Shown: positions 54,402 through 62,999 of the stretch, piece after piece
How positions within the stretch are numbered: position 1 is the stretch's first letter
Layout of the letters: each line of letters begins with the position of its first letter
Virus record (IMG/VR): IMGVR_UViG_3300032330_001078
Location: 2,575 to 66,574 of that record
Source of the DNA: a virus
Taxonomy: Duplodnaviria > Caudoviricetes
DNA length: 64,000 nucleotides
Reading direction: 5' to 3' (one strand)
The notes under the pieces: model-generated
Seen by the model: the letters and a program-made list of their open reading frames with translations, nothing else
The model's database searches: none
What the model was told of the DNA's origin: nothing
Position numbers and translations under genes: made by a program

Positions 54402-57061
54402 ATCAATGATTCTCTCTCTAAGCCCTTAAGGGCTCCTGCTTCGTGTAATGCCGCGATGATTCCACCGCATGCTTCTGGATGGTGACCTTTACCAAGATCC
54501 TTGGAGCCAGTCACTCTTTGTTTGCTTACTCGCCTCGCTAAGTCATCTAGTGAAGTGTATGGAGCATGTCTGACAATTTCGTCAGCTGCTTTATCGCCCA
54601 AACCTTTAATAGTGGTTAGACCTTTACGGATAGAGTTTGTTGTTGTGTCTGCTGTGTAACTTTTTGTTGAAATGTTTACGTGTGGTGGGAACAACTTAAT
54701 TCCGGCCTCACGTGCTGCGGTAACGTATTGGGTCTCTTGCTTGGCACCCGAATAGGCGCGTAGCATTCCAGTCCAAAACGCTAATGGGTGATGAACAGCA
54801 AAATAGCCTGTGATGTATGCAAGAACACCGTATGCAGTGGCGTGTGCTTTGTTAAAGCCGTAACCAGCGTATGCGTGTAATGCTTCTTCCAACCAATCAA
54901 GGTCTTTTGCGTTCATTCCCTTTTCTGTACCAAGTTTTCTAATGCGCCCCATGAGGTTAGCCAAATCTTTAGCGGCTGTGCCTACGCTGGCATTAGATGC
55001 CTTGATAGCCTTGCGTGCTTTTTCAATCTCTTCATTGTCCAAGCCCACATTGCGCATAACACCAATAACTTGCTCTTGGTAAAGCAATACGCCGTATGTT
55101 TCTTTGGTCTCATCAGAGATAATCTGGTGTCTTTCTGGCAATGCCAGGCTTCCTTGACGACGATTGATAAAATCGTCTGTTGCGCCAGACTCCATGGTGG
55201 CTGGGCGGAACAAAGCCATTGCCGCAATGACGTCAGCAATCTTTCGTGGCTTTAGCCGCTTAACGCCCATTCGACTTGATCCGCCTTCTAACTGAAACAA
55301 GCCCATGGTTTTGCCTGCTGACATGGCTTGGTACACCGCTTTGTCATTAAGTGGAATAGTGTCTATGCTTATTCCAGTTTGTTCTCGCATGATTCCAACG
55401 GCTGTCAGTGTCTTAAGGCCAAGCAAATCAAGTTTGACTAGCCCTAATCGTTCAATGTCGTCTTTATCAAATGACGTAACCATAGTTTTACTGGAGGATA
55501 CGTACTGCAGTGGTACTGCAGCGGCTGACTGTGCATTTGGTGCAACTAGCATGCCTGCTGCATGAACGCCATAACCAAGAAACGCTTTCTTGTCTGCAAG
55601 CATTTTCATGGTTTTCCACTCAGCGCTTGTCAGTTCTCGATTAGGATCTTCGCCCATCTTTCTGGCATTCATTTTCCAGCGAACCATTAGGCTTCCCTTC
55701 TGTTCGCCATCATCTTCGTTAGATAGACCCATTTGTAGCCATGTTCCAATTTTGATGGTGTAGAAGTTTTCACCTAGCCATTTTTCAACATCTTCTTTGC
55801 GCTCATGCTCAATGTCGATGTCAATGTCTGGTGGTTTTGTTCGGTCTTTGGATAGGAAGCGGTCAAACCGTAAGCCCCAAATAATTGGGTCAAACGATGT
55901 GATGCCAAGTAGCCAACAGATTAGTGAGCCTGATGCTGATCCTCGAATGTTGTAAAAAATGTTCTTGCTATCCATGTATTCACATACATTTTGAGCCAGC
56001 AGTAGGTAGCCTGAAAAACCAGCACCAACAATCACATCAAGTTCTTTGTTTAGACGCTCGTAATAAGCCTTTGACTTGGCAGTTTTGATGCTACCTTCTT
56101 CAATGCGTTTTTTGAGCAACGCATTTGTGGAGTCAGTCAGTTCTTTGTCGGGGTCTCCGGACACTGTGGTGTCTGGTACTAACAGTGAGAACTTGTCTAA
56201 TTGTGGTATTACTACTTTAGCTTTGGATTCTAGGTCAGCTAGGCCTTCCATTCCGGCGTTAAAGATGTACGGGGGATGATGGTCTTTCATCCATTCTTCA
56301 TCAGCCATGTGGTAGCCATCGCCAGGAAACACAGCGTCTTCTACATCGTTTGACCATGAGACTAAGCGTTTCATTGTGTCGTGTAACGCTTGTTCTTCTA
56401 AGTTGATGTAGTGCGAATCTTGACCAATGACCATTGGTAGGCCATGCTTTTGGGCTATTCGGTAAATGATTTCTGAATGCGCGTCGCTGTCTTGATCTTC
56501 TTTGTAGACTGCATGGTTTTGTGCTTCTATGTAGAACCCTGATCCGAACCAACCTGCTAGAGATGTGATTATGTTAGATACTTTTGTGTCAACATGAGAA
56601 TCTGGTTTTTTGAGCATTTCGGATAGTAACCCAAACCAGCATCCTGATGTTGCCGCAATACCGTCTAAGCGCCCGTCTTCTGCGGCCTCTGCAAGGTCTG
56701 TCAAGTCAAGAATTGCTTTGTATGTTTTGTGCTCTGCCCAGTTTTTGTGGGCTAGGTTTGACATGCCTACAAGGTTGTAGTAACCCTGTTCTGTTGTGGC
56801 TACCATTCCTAAGTGCATTGTTTGGCGTTTTTGTGTTATTTTGTCAAACGAAATGTAGGCTTCAATACCTGGTAATGGTTTAATTCCTACTTTTTTACAT
56901 TCTGTGTATAGTTGCGCGACACCGCCCATGTTTCCGTGGTCAGTTAAAGCAAGCGCTGGATATTCTAGCTCTTTTGCTTTTTGTACTATTGAACTAACTG
57001 ACGGAAACGCATCTTTTGCGGAATACTTACTATGCGTGTGTACGCTCCAGTATTTACTCAT
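54398..57061 (-). CDS. dnaE: DNA polymerase III alpha subunit (PHP, palm and fingers; C-terminally short)
   Basis: HTHSKYS, ALTDHGN, RGSASGS, LRFDRFL, PDIDID, HAAG, KLDLLGL, FQLE, LLYQEQ, Y.FNKAHA. Confidence 0.95.
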   Translation of the reverse strand: MSKYWSVHTHSKYSAKDAFPSVSSIVQKAKELEYPALALTDHGNMGGVAQLYTECKKVGIKPLPGIEAYISFDKITQKRQTMHLGMVATTEQGYYNLVGMSNLAHKNWAEHKTYKAILDLTDLAEAAEDGRLDGIAATSGCWFGLLSEMLKKPDSHVDTKVSNIITSLAGWFGSGFYIEAQNHAVYKEDQDSDAHSEIIYRIAQKHGLPMVIGQDSHYINLEEQALHDTMKRLVSWSNDVEDAVFPGDGYHMADEEWMKDHHPPYIFNAGMEGLADLESKAKVVIPQLDKFSLLVPDTTVSGDPDKELTDSTNALLKKRIEEGSIKTAKSKAYYERLNKELDVIVGAGFSGYLLLAQNVCEYMDSKNIFYNIRGSASGSLICWLLGITSFDPIIWGLRFDRFLSKDRTKPPDIDIDIEHERKEDVEKWLGENFYTIKIGTWLQMGLSNEDDGEQKGSLMVRWKMNARKMGEDPNRELTSAEWKTMKMLADKKAFLGYGVHAAGMLVAPNAQSAAAVPLQYVSSSKTMVTSFDKDDIERLGLVKLDLLGLKTLTAVGIMREQTGISIDTIPLNDKAVYQAMSAGKTMGLFQLEGGSSRMGVKRLKPRKIADVIAAMALFRPATMESGATDDFINRRQGSLALPERHQIISDETKETYGVLLYQEQVIGVMRNVGLDNEEIEKARKAIKASNASVGTAAKDLANLMGRIRKLGTEKGMNAKDLDWLEEALHAYAGYGFNKAHATAYGVLAYITGYFAVHHPLAFWTGMLRAYSGAKQETQYVTAAREAGIKLFPPHVNISTKSYTADTTTNSIRKGLTTIKGLGDKAADEIVRHAPYTSLDDLARRVSKQRVTGSKDLGKGHHPEACGGIIAALHEAGALKGLERESLI

Positions 57062-57231
57062 TTTCGACCTGCGCTAGACCAATGATACGTGCCGTAATTG
57101 ATTGGCTTGTCGGGGTGACGCTTTTTAATGTGTCTTGTAACAGATCCTGTTAAAAGTTCTTTATTGCAATAAACGCATTGGTTATAAGCCTGAGAAATAT
57201 TTCGTTTATCCAACTTTGAAGGTTTTGGCAT
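57058..57231 (-). CDS. 57-aa C2H2/BED-like zinc-finger protein
   Basis: Not in track; AGGAGA RBS; CVYCNKELLTGSVTRHIKKRHP; ATGA overlap with dnaE start. Confidence 0.65.
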   Translation of the reverse strand: MPKPSKLDKRNISQAYNQCVYCNKELLTGSVTRHIKKRHPDKPINYGTYHWSSAGRK

Positions 57232-57249
57232 TTTTTCTCCTGAGATGTG

Positions 57250-57288
57250 TAGAAGACAAAGGAGGCTGCCCCGTAGGACAGCCCCCTT
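57250..57288 (-). terminator. Rho-independent terminator after the SSB gene
   Basis: - strand AAGGGGGCTGTCC-TACG-GGGCAGCCTCCTT-TGTCTT. Confidence 0.7.
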
Positions 57289-57300
57289 CGTTGTTACGTC

Positions 57301-58209
57301 TTAGACGTTGTGTGCTACTGCAAGTTCGATAAGAGTAGCGTGTGTTGAGCGAGGTGGAATGGATACTCCAGCCTTAGTCAGCAGGGTCTTGAGACGCACT
57401 GGTGATACTGCGCTGTACTTCATGCGCACATCTTCTTCGATGTCGATTGATGCAACTGTTTCCTCAAACGTTTCTGCAACTGCATAACTATCTTCTTCAA
57501 TCAACTCGTCTTGTTGAGTGTCGCCGCTTAGACCGTTAACGTAATTTTCAACTTCCTTGCGGATGTCGCTAAATACCTGAACTAAGTCGTATGGTTCTGG
57601 CAAGTCCACTGGAGGCTCATCGCGCAATGGCTTTACGGACAGCGTGGTGGTTACGCCAGTACCTGATACGGTGAGCTGCCATGGGTAGGCAGTGCAAGTG
57701 AAGTTAGGATCCATTTCGCTGTACAAATTGAATGCAGTGAATAGTTCCTTGGCGCGTGCACCACTCATCTTGAGGATGATGTGCTTACCTTCTTCGTTGA
57801 GAACGTTAACTGCAACCTTGTCCGCAGCCTTTACAATACCGTCAACTGGCGGGTACTTGCTTGATGGTGCAACAAGTTCAAACAGCGGGTCAGTTCCACG
57901 GGGTCCCTTGCGACGCTTGCGCTCTCCAGTCTCAGGATCAATCACGATGATTTGATCGTTGACCGGGAATTCCTTGATACCGTTAGGTAGTTCAAAACCA
58001 CCCTTGAGACCGTCAAATGCGGCTACTTCACGGTAGATAAACCAACCGTGATCATCGTTCATTGTGTCCTTGTCTGTAAGGAAACGAACAATTGTGGTGC
58101 CCTTGGCTAGTCGCCAAATTGGACGGTATGTTGTTGATTCTGACTTGGCGTAACCGTCAAGTCCTGCGAGTAATAGATCTTCATCCATTGGTGTGTAATC
58201 GATAGGCAT
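57301..58209 (-). CDS. Single-stranded DNA-binding protein (phage gp32-like, inferred)
   Basis: IWRL.KG.TIVRFL, G.G..T...V.P, acidic C-terminal region; lies in the replication cluster. Confidence 0.55.
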   Translation of the reverse strand: MPIDYTPMDEDLLLAGLDGYAKSESTTYRPIWRLAKGTTIVRFLTDKDTMNDDHGWFIYREVAAFDGLKGGFELPNGIKEFPVNDQIIVIDPETGERKRRKGPRGTDPLFELVAPSSKYPPVDGIVKAADKVAVNVLNEEGKHIILKMSGARAKELFTAFNLYSEMDPNFTCTAYPWQLTVSGTGVTTTLSVKPLRDEPPVDLPEPYDLVQVFSDIRKEVENYVNGLSGDTQQDELIEEDSYAVAETFEETVASIDIEEDVRMKYSAVSPVRLKTLLTKAGVSIPPRSTHATLIELAVAHNV

Positions 58210-58211
58210 GA

Positions 58212-58493
58212 TTATGCTCCATTTTCTGTTTTGTTTTTCATTTGCTGTTGACGTCGTGCGTCAATGTTGGCAGCCAGAATATCTGCATTCTGGAATACCG
58301 TTTCTTGTGCTAGCGCAGAACAACGATCAATTGCTTCATCGCTGGTTTCTTCTGGTAGTACAGCTATTTGCCATTCTCCTGCAGCCCATTGTGTCTGGCC
58401 GTTTACAAGGAATGTGTGTGTCAGTTTGACTGTCAGTCGGTCCCCATCACTTACTGGAATGGGTTCGTAAACGTCTTCGTCGTTTTTACTCAT
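58212..58493 (-). CDS. Hypothetical protein
   Basis: Likely start ATG 58493 (MSKNDED). Confidence 0.6.
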   Translation of the reverse strand: MSKNDEDVYEPIPVSDGDRLTVKLTHTFLVNGQTQWAAGEWQIAVLPEETSDEAIDRCSALAQETVFQNADILAANIDARRQQQMKNKTENGA

Positions 58494-58872
58494 TTGAGTC
58501 CTCACTCTGTTCTTTGACTTCATTTATCGAAACCCATGCTTTGCGGTCTTTGATAATGATTATTTGTTGGGCTAGTTCAGCCTCAAGTTCACCGTTAGTT
58601 ACTATACGGTTAAATGCTGTCTTGTCCAAAACTTTCTTGGTTACGCGGTTGTAAAGGTCGATGTCGTTAGCTTTAAGAGCTGCCAAATCAACATCAGACG
58701 TTTCACTCCTGACAACTTTTGCTTTAAAAACGCGATTATCTGCTCTAAATTCGACTTGATCAAAAAGAGTTGAGACATAGCGTTGAATATCTTCGATTTC
58801 ATGTTCAATTTCTGCTTTCTGTGCTTTGAGTTGCAGTAACCGATAAAGGTCTTTCTCGATTTCTGGTTCCAT
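58486..58872 (-). CDS. Hypothetical coiled-coil protein
   Basis: GAGGA RBS; helical N-terminus. Confidence 0.6.
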   Translation of the reverse strand: MEPEIEKDLYRLLQLKAQKAEIEHEIEDIQRYVSTLFDQVEFRADNRVFKAKVVRSETSDVDLAALKANDIDLYNRVTKKVLDKTAFNRIVTNGELEAELAQQIIIIKDRKAWVSINEVKEQSEDSNE

Positions 58873-58880
58873 TGTTCCTC

Positions 58881-59711
58881 TTAACTTGTTGCGTGTTTTT
58901 TGTACGGACTGTTCAGTATTGTGTTGTTGATACTGGTTATCCGGTGTTGAGGTGATACATCACCTGGGTCGTTTGCACCAACTGTAGACCATTGGTGTGA
59001 CAGAACTGGTGCTATGTCGTGTAGCTGGAATGTCGCTCTTTCTGACGCTCCCCATCCCGCTTCGTCATCGTCAAATGCTGCTATGACCAGTTTTGGTGCT
59101 AAGTCAGCAATGAGTTGGACTTGCGGTGAGTGCAGGCCTGAACCAAAGCAACCGAGTACGGTCCAATGGTCTGGTATGCCTGCTTGCTCTAATGCCATTA
59201 CATCTCCGGCACCTTCGACAAGTACGACTACTTGCGAGGGCTTGTAAGCCCCGTAGAAGGTTGCAGAGGTTCTTACCCCTGCTGGATACATGTATTTGGC
59301 TTTCTGTCCTTCATGGCGTGTTACTACGCCTAGAAGTCGACCTAGTGAGTCGCGCATTGGATAGGTTGGCATGCCATTTTCATAGCTTGTACCGCACCGA
59401 TGCTTATTGGCTGTTTCTTCTCCAAAACGCGTAGCCCAGTATTCACTTGGGCCGTGCGCGTCAAATAGATCTAGCCATGATTCTGGGTATGTTCGGGGTT
59501 CTACTTCCCCTGCCAGAATTTTGATGATTTCTTCAACGCTTGGTACATGTCCTTCGACTGTTCCGTTTGCTTTGCATGCGTGGCAATACCACACACCTTT
59601 GCCTACGTTGAGTGATGCTGATGCATTGCTATCGTCATGCACTGGACAACAAAAGGCTCTTTCTGTGCCTCGTCCGTGTGATAGCGCTTCATCTAGTGTT
59701 ATCTTTTTCAC
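58881..59711 (-). CDS. DNA primase (CHC2 zinc finger plus Toprim)
   Basis: CCPVHDDSNAS...WYCHAC..G; VVLVEG..DV; FDDDEAG. Confidence 0.92.
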   Translation of the reverse strand: MKKITLDEALSHGRGTERAFCCPVHDDSNASASLNVGKGVWYCHACKANGTVEGHVPSVEEIIKILAGEVEPRTYPESWLDLFDAHGPSEYWATRFGEETANKHRCGTSYENGMPTYPMRDSLGRLLGVVTRHEGQKAKYMYPAGVRTSATFYGAYKPSQVVVLVEGAGDVMALEQAGIPDHWTVLGCFGSGLHSPQVQLIADLAPKLVIAAFDDDEAGWGASERATFQLHDIAPVLSHQWSTVGANDPGDVSPQHRITSINNTILNSPYKKHATS

Positions 59712-59713
59712 GG

Positions 59714-61012
59714 TTATCCTAACTGCGACGCATCGCTTTCATCGTCTTCTACTTTCATTTCCGTGGCTCTGCTGATACTTAAATCACCTAGCAAACCGCG
59801 TCCTGGCTCAAATTGGGTAAACCATTTTGCTCCAGACTCACCGTGGCGGTATTTCGTCAATGAGTTGACTAGTACACGCTTTGAGTGTTGCTTGAGAGTG
59901 ATTACTGCATCAGCATCCTGACCTAACGCATCAGATTGTGCAAGATGCTCGGTTCCTGGACTTCTATCAGAGTTACCGCCTGCACGGTTGATTTGTGCAG
60001 CGGCAATGATTGGTACGTTTCGGCTGAGTGCTACTTCTTTAACTTGGTTAGAGATGGTAGCCATTGCACGCCAGTCTTCGATTGCTCGTGATCCTGACGT
60101 TGTGTGCATTAATCCGATGTAGTCAATAATTACTAGTGTTTTTTCGTTTGCGATGGCTGATAGTACTGATGCATCACATCTTCCCTTTGTGGGGTCGTAA
60201 ACACTAATTGTTCCTGAGTCTTGCGCCCATTCTTCGAGCATTTCCGAGCGTCTATCTAAATCTAGATTTGCCCATGGCTCTCGCCATTGTTTTAGTGCTA
60301 CTCGGTGTATGCGGTCTAAGACTGACTTGGCTGGCATTTCAAGGCTAAAGAACGCTACGTCCCATCCGCCTTCTGCGGCTGATACGGCATGTTGTATTAA
60401 TCGCCATGATTTACCAATACCTAGTCTGGCTGCAATTATCCACATGTCACCTGAGGCTATTCCGCCGGTGGTTGAATGTAGCATTCCTTGCGGTACAGGA
60501 CACATTTCTAATTCGCCTATGTCTTCAAGCAGCGTAAGATCTGTGGCATCTACGCCCATTCCTACTGCTGGTTGAATTCGAGATAATCCGTCTTGAAGGA
60601 TACCAATTGCTTCATCGTTTGCATCTTCTGCTAGCGATGCTGAAGCTCTAGACATTGTTTGCCTAAGTACACGGTTAGTGTGTGCTTCAGATAGTACAGA
60701 TGCCGCCCAAACTGGGTTTGCTTCGGCAATGTATGGAAACTGTGGGTATTTTTCTTTCAAGATGTGGATTGGCGGAGCACCATGCGATACCTCTTGGTAT
60801 TTCATGCAAAACTCATGAATTGGCTTATGGCCAATTATTTGTTCTGATCTAACCCCATAAATGCCTGGAATGTAGATTCCTGTATCTATTAGGGCTGAGA
60901 TGAATTGTGCTTCTGGTGAATGGTCTGCTGATGAGCCATAATTTATCTGAGTGCTTCGGTCATTTACTAGATGAGCATAGGCATCCTTTTCTACTTTGTT
61001 GAATCTGCCCAC
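59714..61012 (-). CDS. dnaB: DnaB-like replicative helicase
   Basis: AARLGIGKS, FFSLEM, VIIDYIGL, PII.AAQINR, SDALGQDAD; likely start GTG 61012 with GGAG RBS. Confidence 0.92.
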   Translation of the reverse strand: MGRFNKVEKDAYAHLVNDRSTQINYGSSADHSPEAQFISALIDTGIYIPGIYGVRSEQIIGHKPIHEFCMKYQEVSHGAPPIHILKEKYPQFPYIAEANPVWAASVLSEAHTNRVLRQTMSRASASLAEDANDEAIGILQDGLSRIQPAVGMGVDATDLTLLEDIGELEMCPVPQGMLHSTTGGIASGDMWIIAARLGIGKSWRLIQHAVSAAEGGWDVAFFSLEMPAKSVLDRIHRVALKQWREPWANLDLDRRSEMLEEWAQDSGTISVYDPTKGRCDASVLSAIANEKTLVIIDYIGLMHTTSGSRAIEDWRAMATISNQVKEVALSRNVPIIAAAQINRAGGNSDRSPGTEHLAQSDALGQDADAVITLKQHSKRVLVNSLTKYRHGESGAKWFTQFEPGRGLLGDLSISRATEMKVEDDESDASQLG

Positions 61013-61158
61013 TAAAGGGTCTCCATTTCTGTGTGTGTAACGCCAAAAAGCTCTCAAGCGTTAGAGTCGGATTACCGATACTAGTACCTGAGAGCTTATT
61101 TAGGGAAGTCTTTTACTGACTGTAAGAAGGCATACTGCCCCCTCCCCTTGTGAGAGCA

Positions 61159-61167
61159 ATTATAGCA
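61159..61167 (-). promoter_or_regulatory. Extended -10 promoter element for the replication operon
   Basis: - strand TGCTATAAT, same element as the 42930 and 45676 promoters; no clear -35. Confidence 0.5.
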
Positions 61168-61477
61168 GATAAAAGTTAACAGAAACACCACATAAGAACT
61201 GAACACAAGGCATATTAGATAACAATTTCGTTATCAAAAGCAAAACACTGTGTTTACTGACCCCCAATGGTTTTGCAATTAGGTGACGTGTGATAAAATA
61301 AAGCGTCTAGCTGCTTGCTGATAGACAAACCTCAACAAATAACAATTCAGCAGATCAAGAGTTAATCTTAATCAACTGAAAGCGCGACAGCAAAGACGAG
61401 GAATTGCTGGCTAAGAGTTAATCAAAGCCTTGCAGGCAGCGGGAGACGTATATTTAGCAGGAAAATACAAGAATTCC

Positions 61478-61557
61478 GTTATATCTTTATATACAGATAT
61501 ACAGATATTCATATTCAGTTATATCTGTATTATGTATATATAGATATATACAGATAT
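61478..61557. repeat. AT-rich direct and inverted repeat cluster (candidate replication origin)
   Basis: ATACAGATAT at 61491, 61499 and 61548, inverted at 61521; GTTATATCT at 61478 and 61518. Confidence 0.6.
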
Positions 61558-61568
61558 AGGAGATATTC

Positions 61569-62015
61569 ATGGCTTGGCCACTTAAGAAAACACGTAAGGT
61601 CACATGTCCCTACGGGACTAAAGGTACTCAGTGGATGTCAGGTTGGCACCAAGGAGTAGATATTGGTGCTCCAGTTGGTGATCCAGTTTTTGCTGCAGCT
61701 GATGGAGTAGTTATCGGTGTAGGTATCTGGGGCAAGAGCTTTGGTAAATACTCACCGGTTATCAAGCATGGAAAGCATTACACAATTTATGCACATGTTG
61801 CTAAGTCTCTTGTTAAAGAAGGTGACAAAGTAAAGCTTGGTCAGCACATTGCTGATGTTGGCATTGAAGGTAACAGCGGTGGTCCGCATCTTCATTTTGA
61901 AACCCAGTACAGCCCTAACTGGACTGTTGGTGGTTCGCATGATCCTAAATGGCTTCTTGCTTACAAGGGTCGTCATCCACTAAAGCGTCTTATTGCTGCA
62001 GTCAAGAGTAAGTAA
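61569..62015 (+). CDS. M23 family peptidase (putative endolysin)
   Basis: HQGVDIG...G.PVFAAADG, YAH, G.SGGPHLHFE; AGGAG RBS. Confidence 0.9.
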   Translation: MAWPLKKTRKVTCPYGTKGTQWMSGWHQGVDIGAPVGDPVFAAADGVVIGVGIWGKSFGKYSPVIKHGKHYTIYAHVAKSLVKEGDKVKLGQHIADVGIEGNSGGPHLHFETQYSPNWTVGGSHDPKWLLAYKGRHPLKRLIAAVKSK

Positions 62016-62116
62016 TGAAAGTCATTGCTTGGATAGCTGTTGCATGGGCCGCAGTGTCTTTGTTTTTGTTGTTAGATACGTTGTACTGGATGAAAACTGG
62101 CCATAACTTTTGGTAA
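62015..62116 (+). CDS. 33-aa transmembrane peptide (MKVIAWIAVAWAAVSLFLLLDTLYWMKTGHNFW)
   Basis: Not in track; TAATG coupling to the lysin stop. Confidence 0.5.
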   Translation: MKVIAWIAVAWAAVSLFLLLDTLYWMKTGHNFW

Positions 62117-62162
62117 TGTTTTCTTAGTGTGGGTTGCCTAGGATAAGCCTTCACTAACCTGC

Positions 62163-62216
62163 AAGACCCCTGTTGCGGTGCTCGATTTTAAACCTTTGAG
62201 CCCGGACAGGGGTTTT
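62163..62216 (+). terminator. Terminator-like hairpin after the lysin operon
   Basis: AAGACCCCTGT ... ACAGGGGTTTT outer stem, T-rich tail. Confidence 0.5.
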
Positions 62217-62390
62217 GTGCTTTTAGTAGCGTAGACCCTGTGAAATTAGTAGCGTAACTTGGAAAGTAACAAGTAAGTGTTACTATTGAAGCATAAACAC
62301 CCAGTCCTCTGTTAATTCATGGCTGGGTTTTGTTATATTTGTTGCGTTGAAATGTAACAAACGTTACTTAAATGTTGCAATGTAATGCAA

Positions 62391-62470
62391 GGGGCAGGAA
62401 GGTTTCGACTAGACATTAAGACCACATGTTGGTAGTGTCTAGGACCAGAGTTCAATTCTCTGCTGCTCCA
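62391..62470 (+). ncRNA. Minimal tmRNA-like RNA (tRNA-like domain only, no mRNA-like domain)
   Basis: Acceptor GGGGCAG/CTGCTCC with G3.U70 and A73; unpaired D-region GAAGGTTTCGAC; GGAC then T-arm CAGAG-TTCAATT-CTCTG; only a 32-nt hairpin in between. Confidence 0.8.
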
Positions 62471-62498
62471 CAAGGAGCCCGACCGTAAGGAAACACAC

Positions 62499-62990
62499 GT
62501 GGTAAAAGCAAATTCACTACCAGTCATTGAAAAAGACCAGCAGCTAACAATTGAGTATTACGAACAAGATTTGTTAGACGTTGATAAAGAATATCCTCCA
62601 AGCAAAGTTAAAGAAATGCTTCACGCAAACATGGTCGTCAAAGTTAGTATTGGCGATGAAAGCAAGTATCAATTAGAAGGATACGAATTATTTAAAGTAG
62701 ATGATTGGGGCGGCTTAACTTTTGTAGGCAAGCTTGTAGAAGCCATTCAGTCAGTCAGATTTAATCATGCTGCGTCTATTCATGAAGACATTTGTTTGGA
62801 ATGCAAAGATGTTTGGCCTTGTAAAACAATTCAAGACATAGAACTTGTTTTTGATCAAGGTTTTTGGCAAGAAGGTTATCAAGAACCAACTTCAGTCGTT
62901 ACTGAAGAAATTGACTATCACGATTATCATGCAAAAATTGCAGATACTCAGAAAGAATACAAAGCTCGTTTTGGTAGTTTGTATTCTTAG
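62499..62990 (+). CDS. Hypothetical protein with H..CxxC..WPC.T module
   Basis: GTG start with AAGGA RBS; FNHAASIHEDICLECKDVWPCKTI. Confidence 0.65.
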   Translation: MVKANSLPVIEKDQQLTIEYYEQDLLDVDKEYPPSKVKEMLHANMVVKVSIGDESKYQLEGYELFKVDDWGGLTFVGKLVEAIQSVRFNHAASIHEDICLECKDVWPCKTIQDIELVFDQGFWQEGYQEPTSVVTEEIDYHDYHAKIADTQKEYKARFGSLYS

Positions 62991-62999
62991 TAAGGCTCA

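Noticed and set aside
62391-62470. Reading the 80-nt RNA as an ordinary tRNA-Ala or as a bare attP remnant
   Set aside because: It has no D-stem and no canonical 7-nt anticodon loop; both gene ends are present and paired, unlike 3'-only att fragments; no integrase in the window
62480-62540. GTAAAA-GCA-AAT-TCA (Ala-Asn-Ser) just downstream of the mini-tmRNA resembles a tmRNA resume codon, suggesting a separate tag piece
   Set aside because: It is the start of an ordinary 163-aa ORF with its own RBS; there is no short ...LAA-stop tag, no pseudoknot, and only a partial match to the UARNYG resume context
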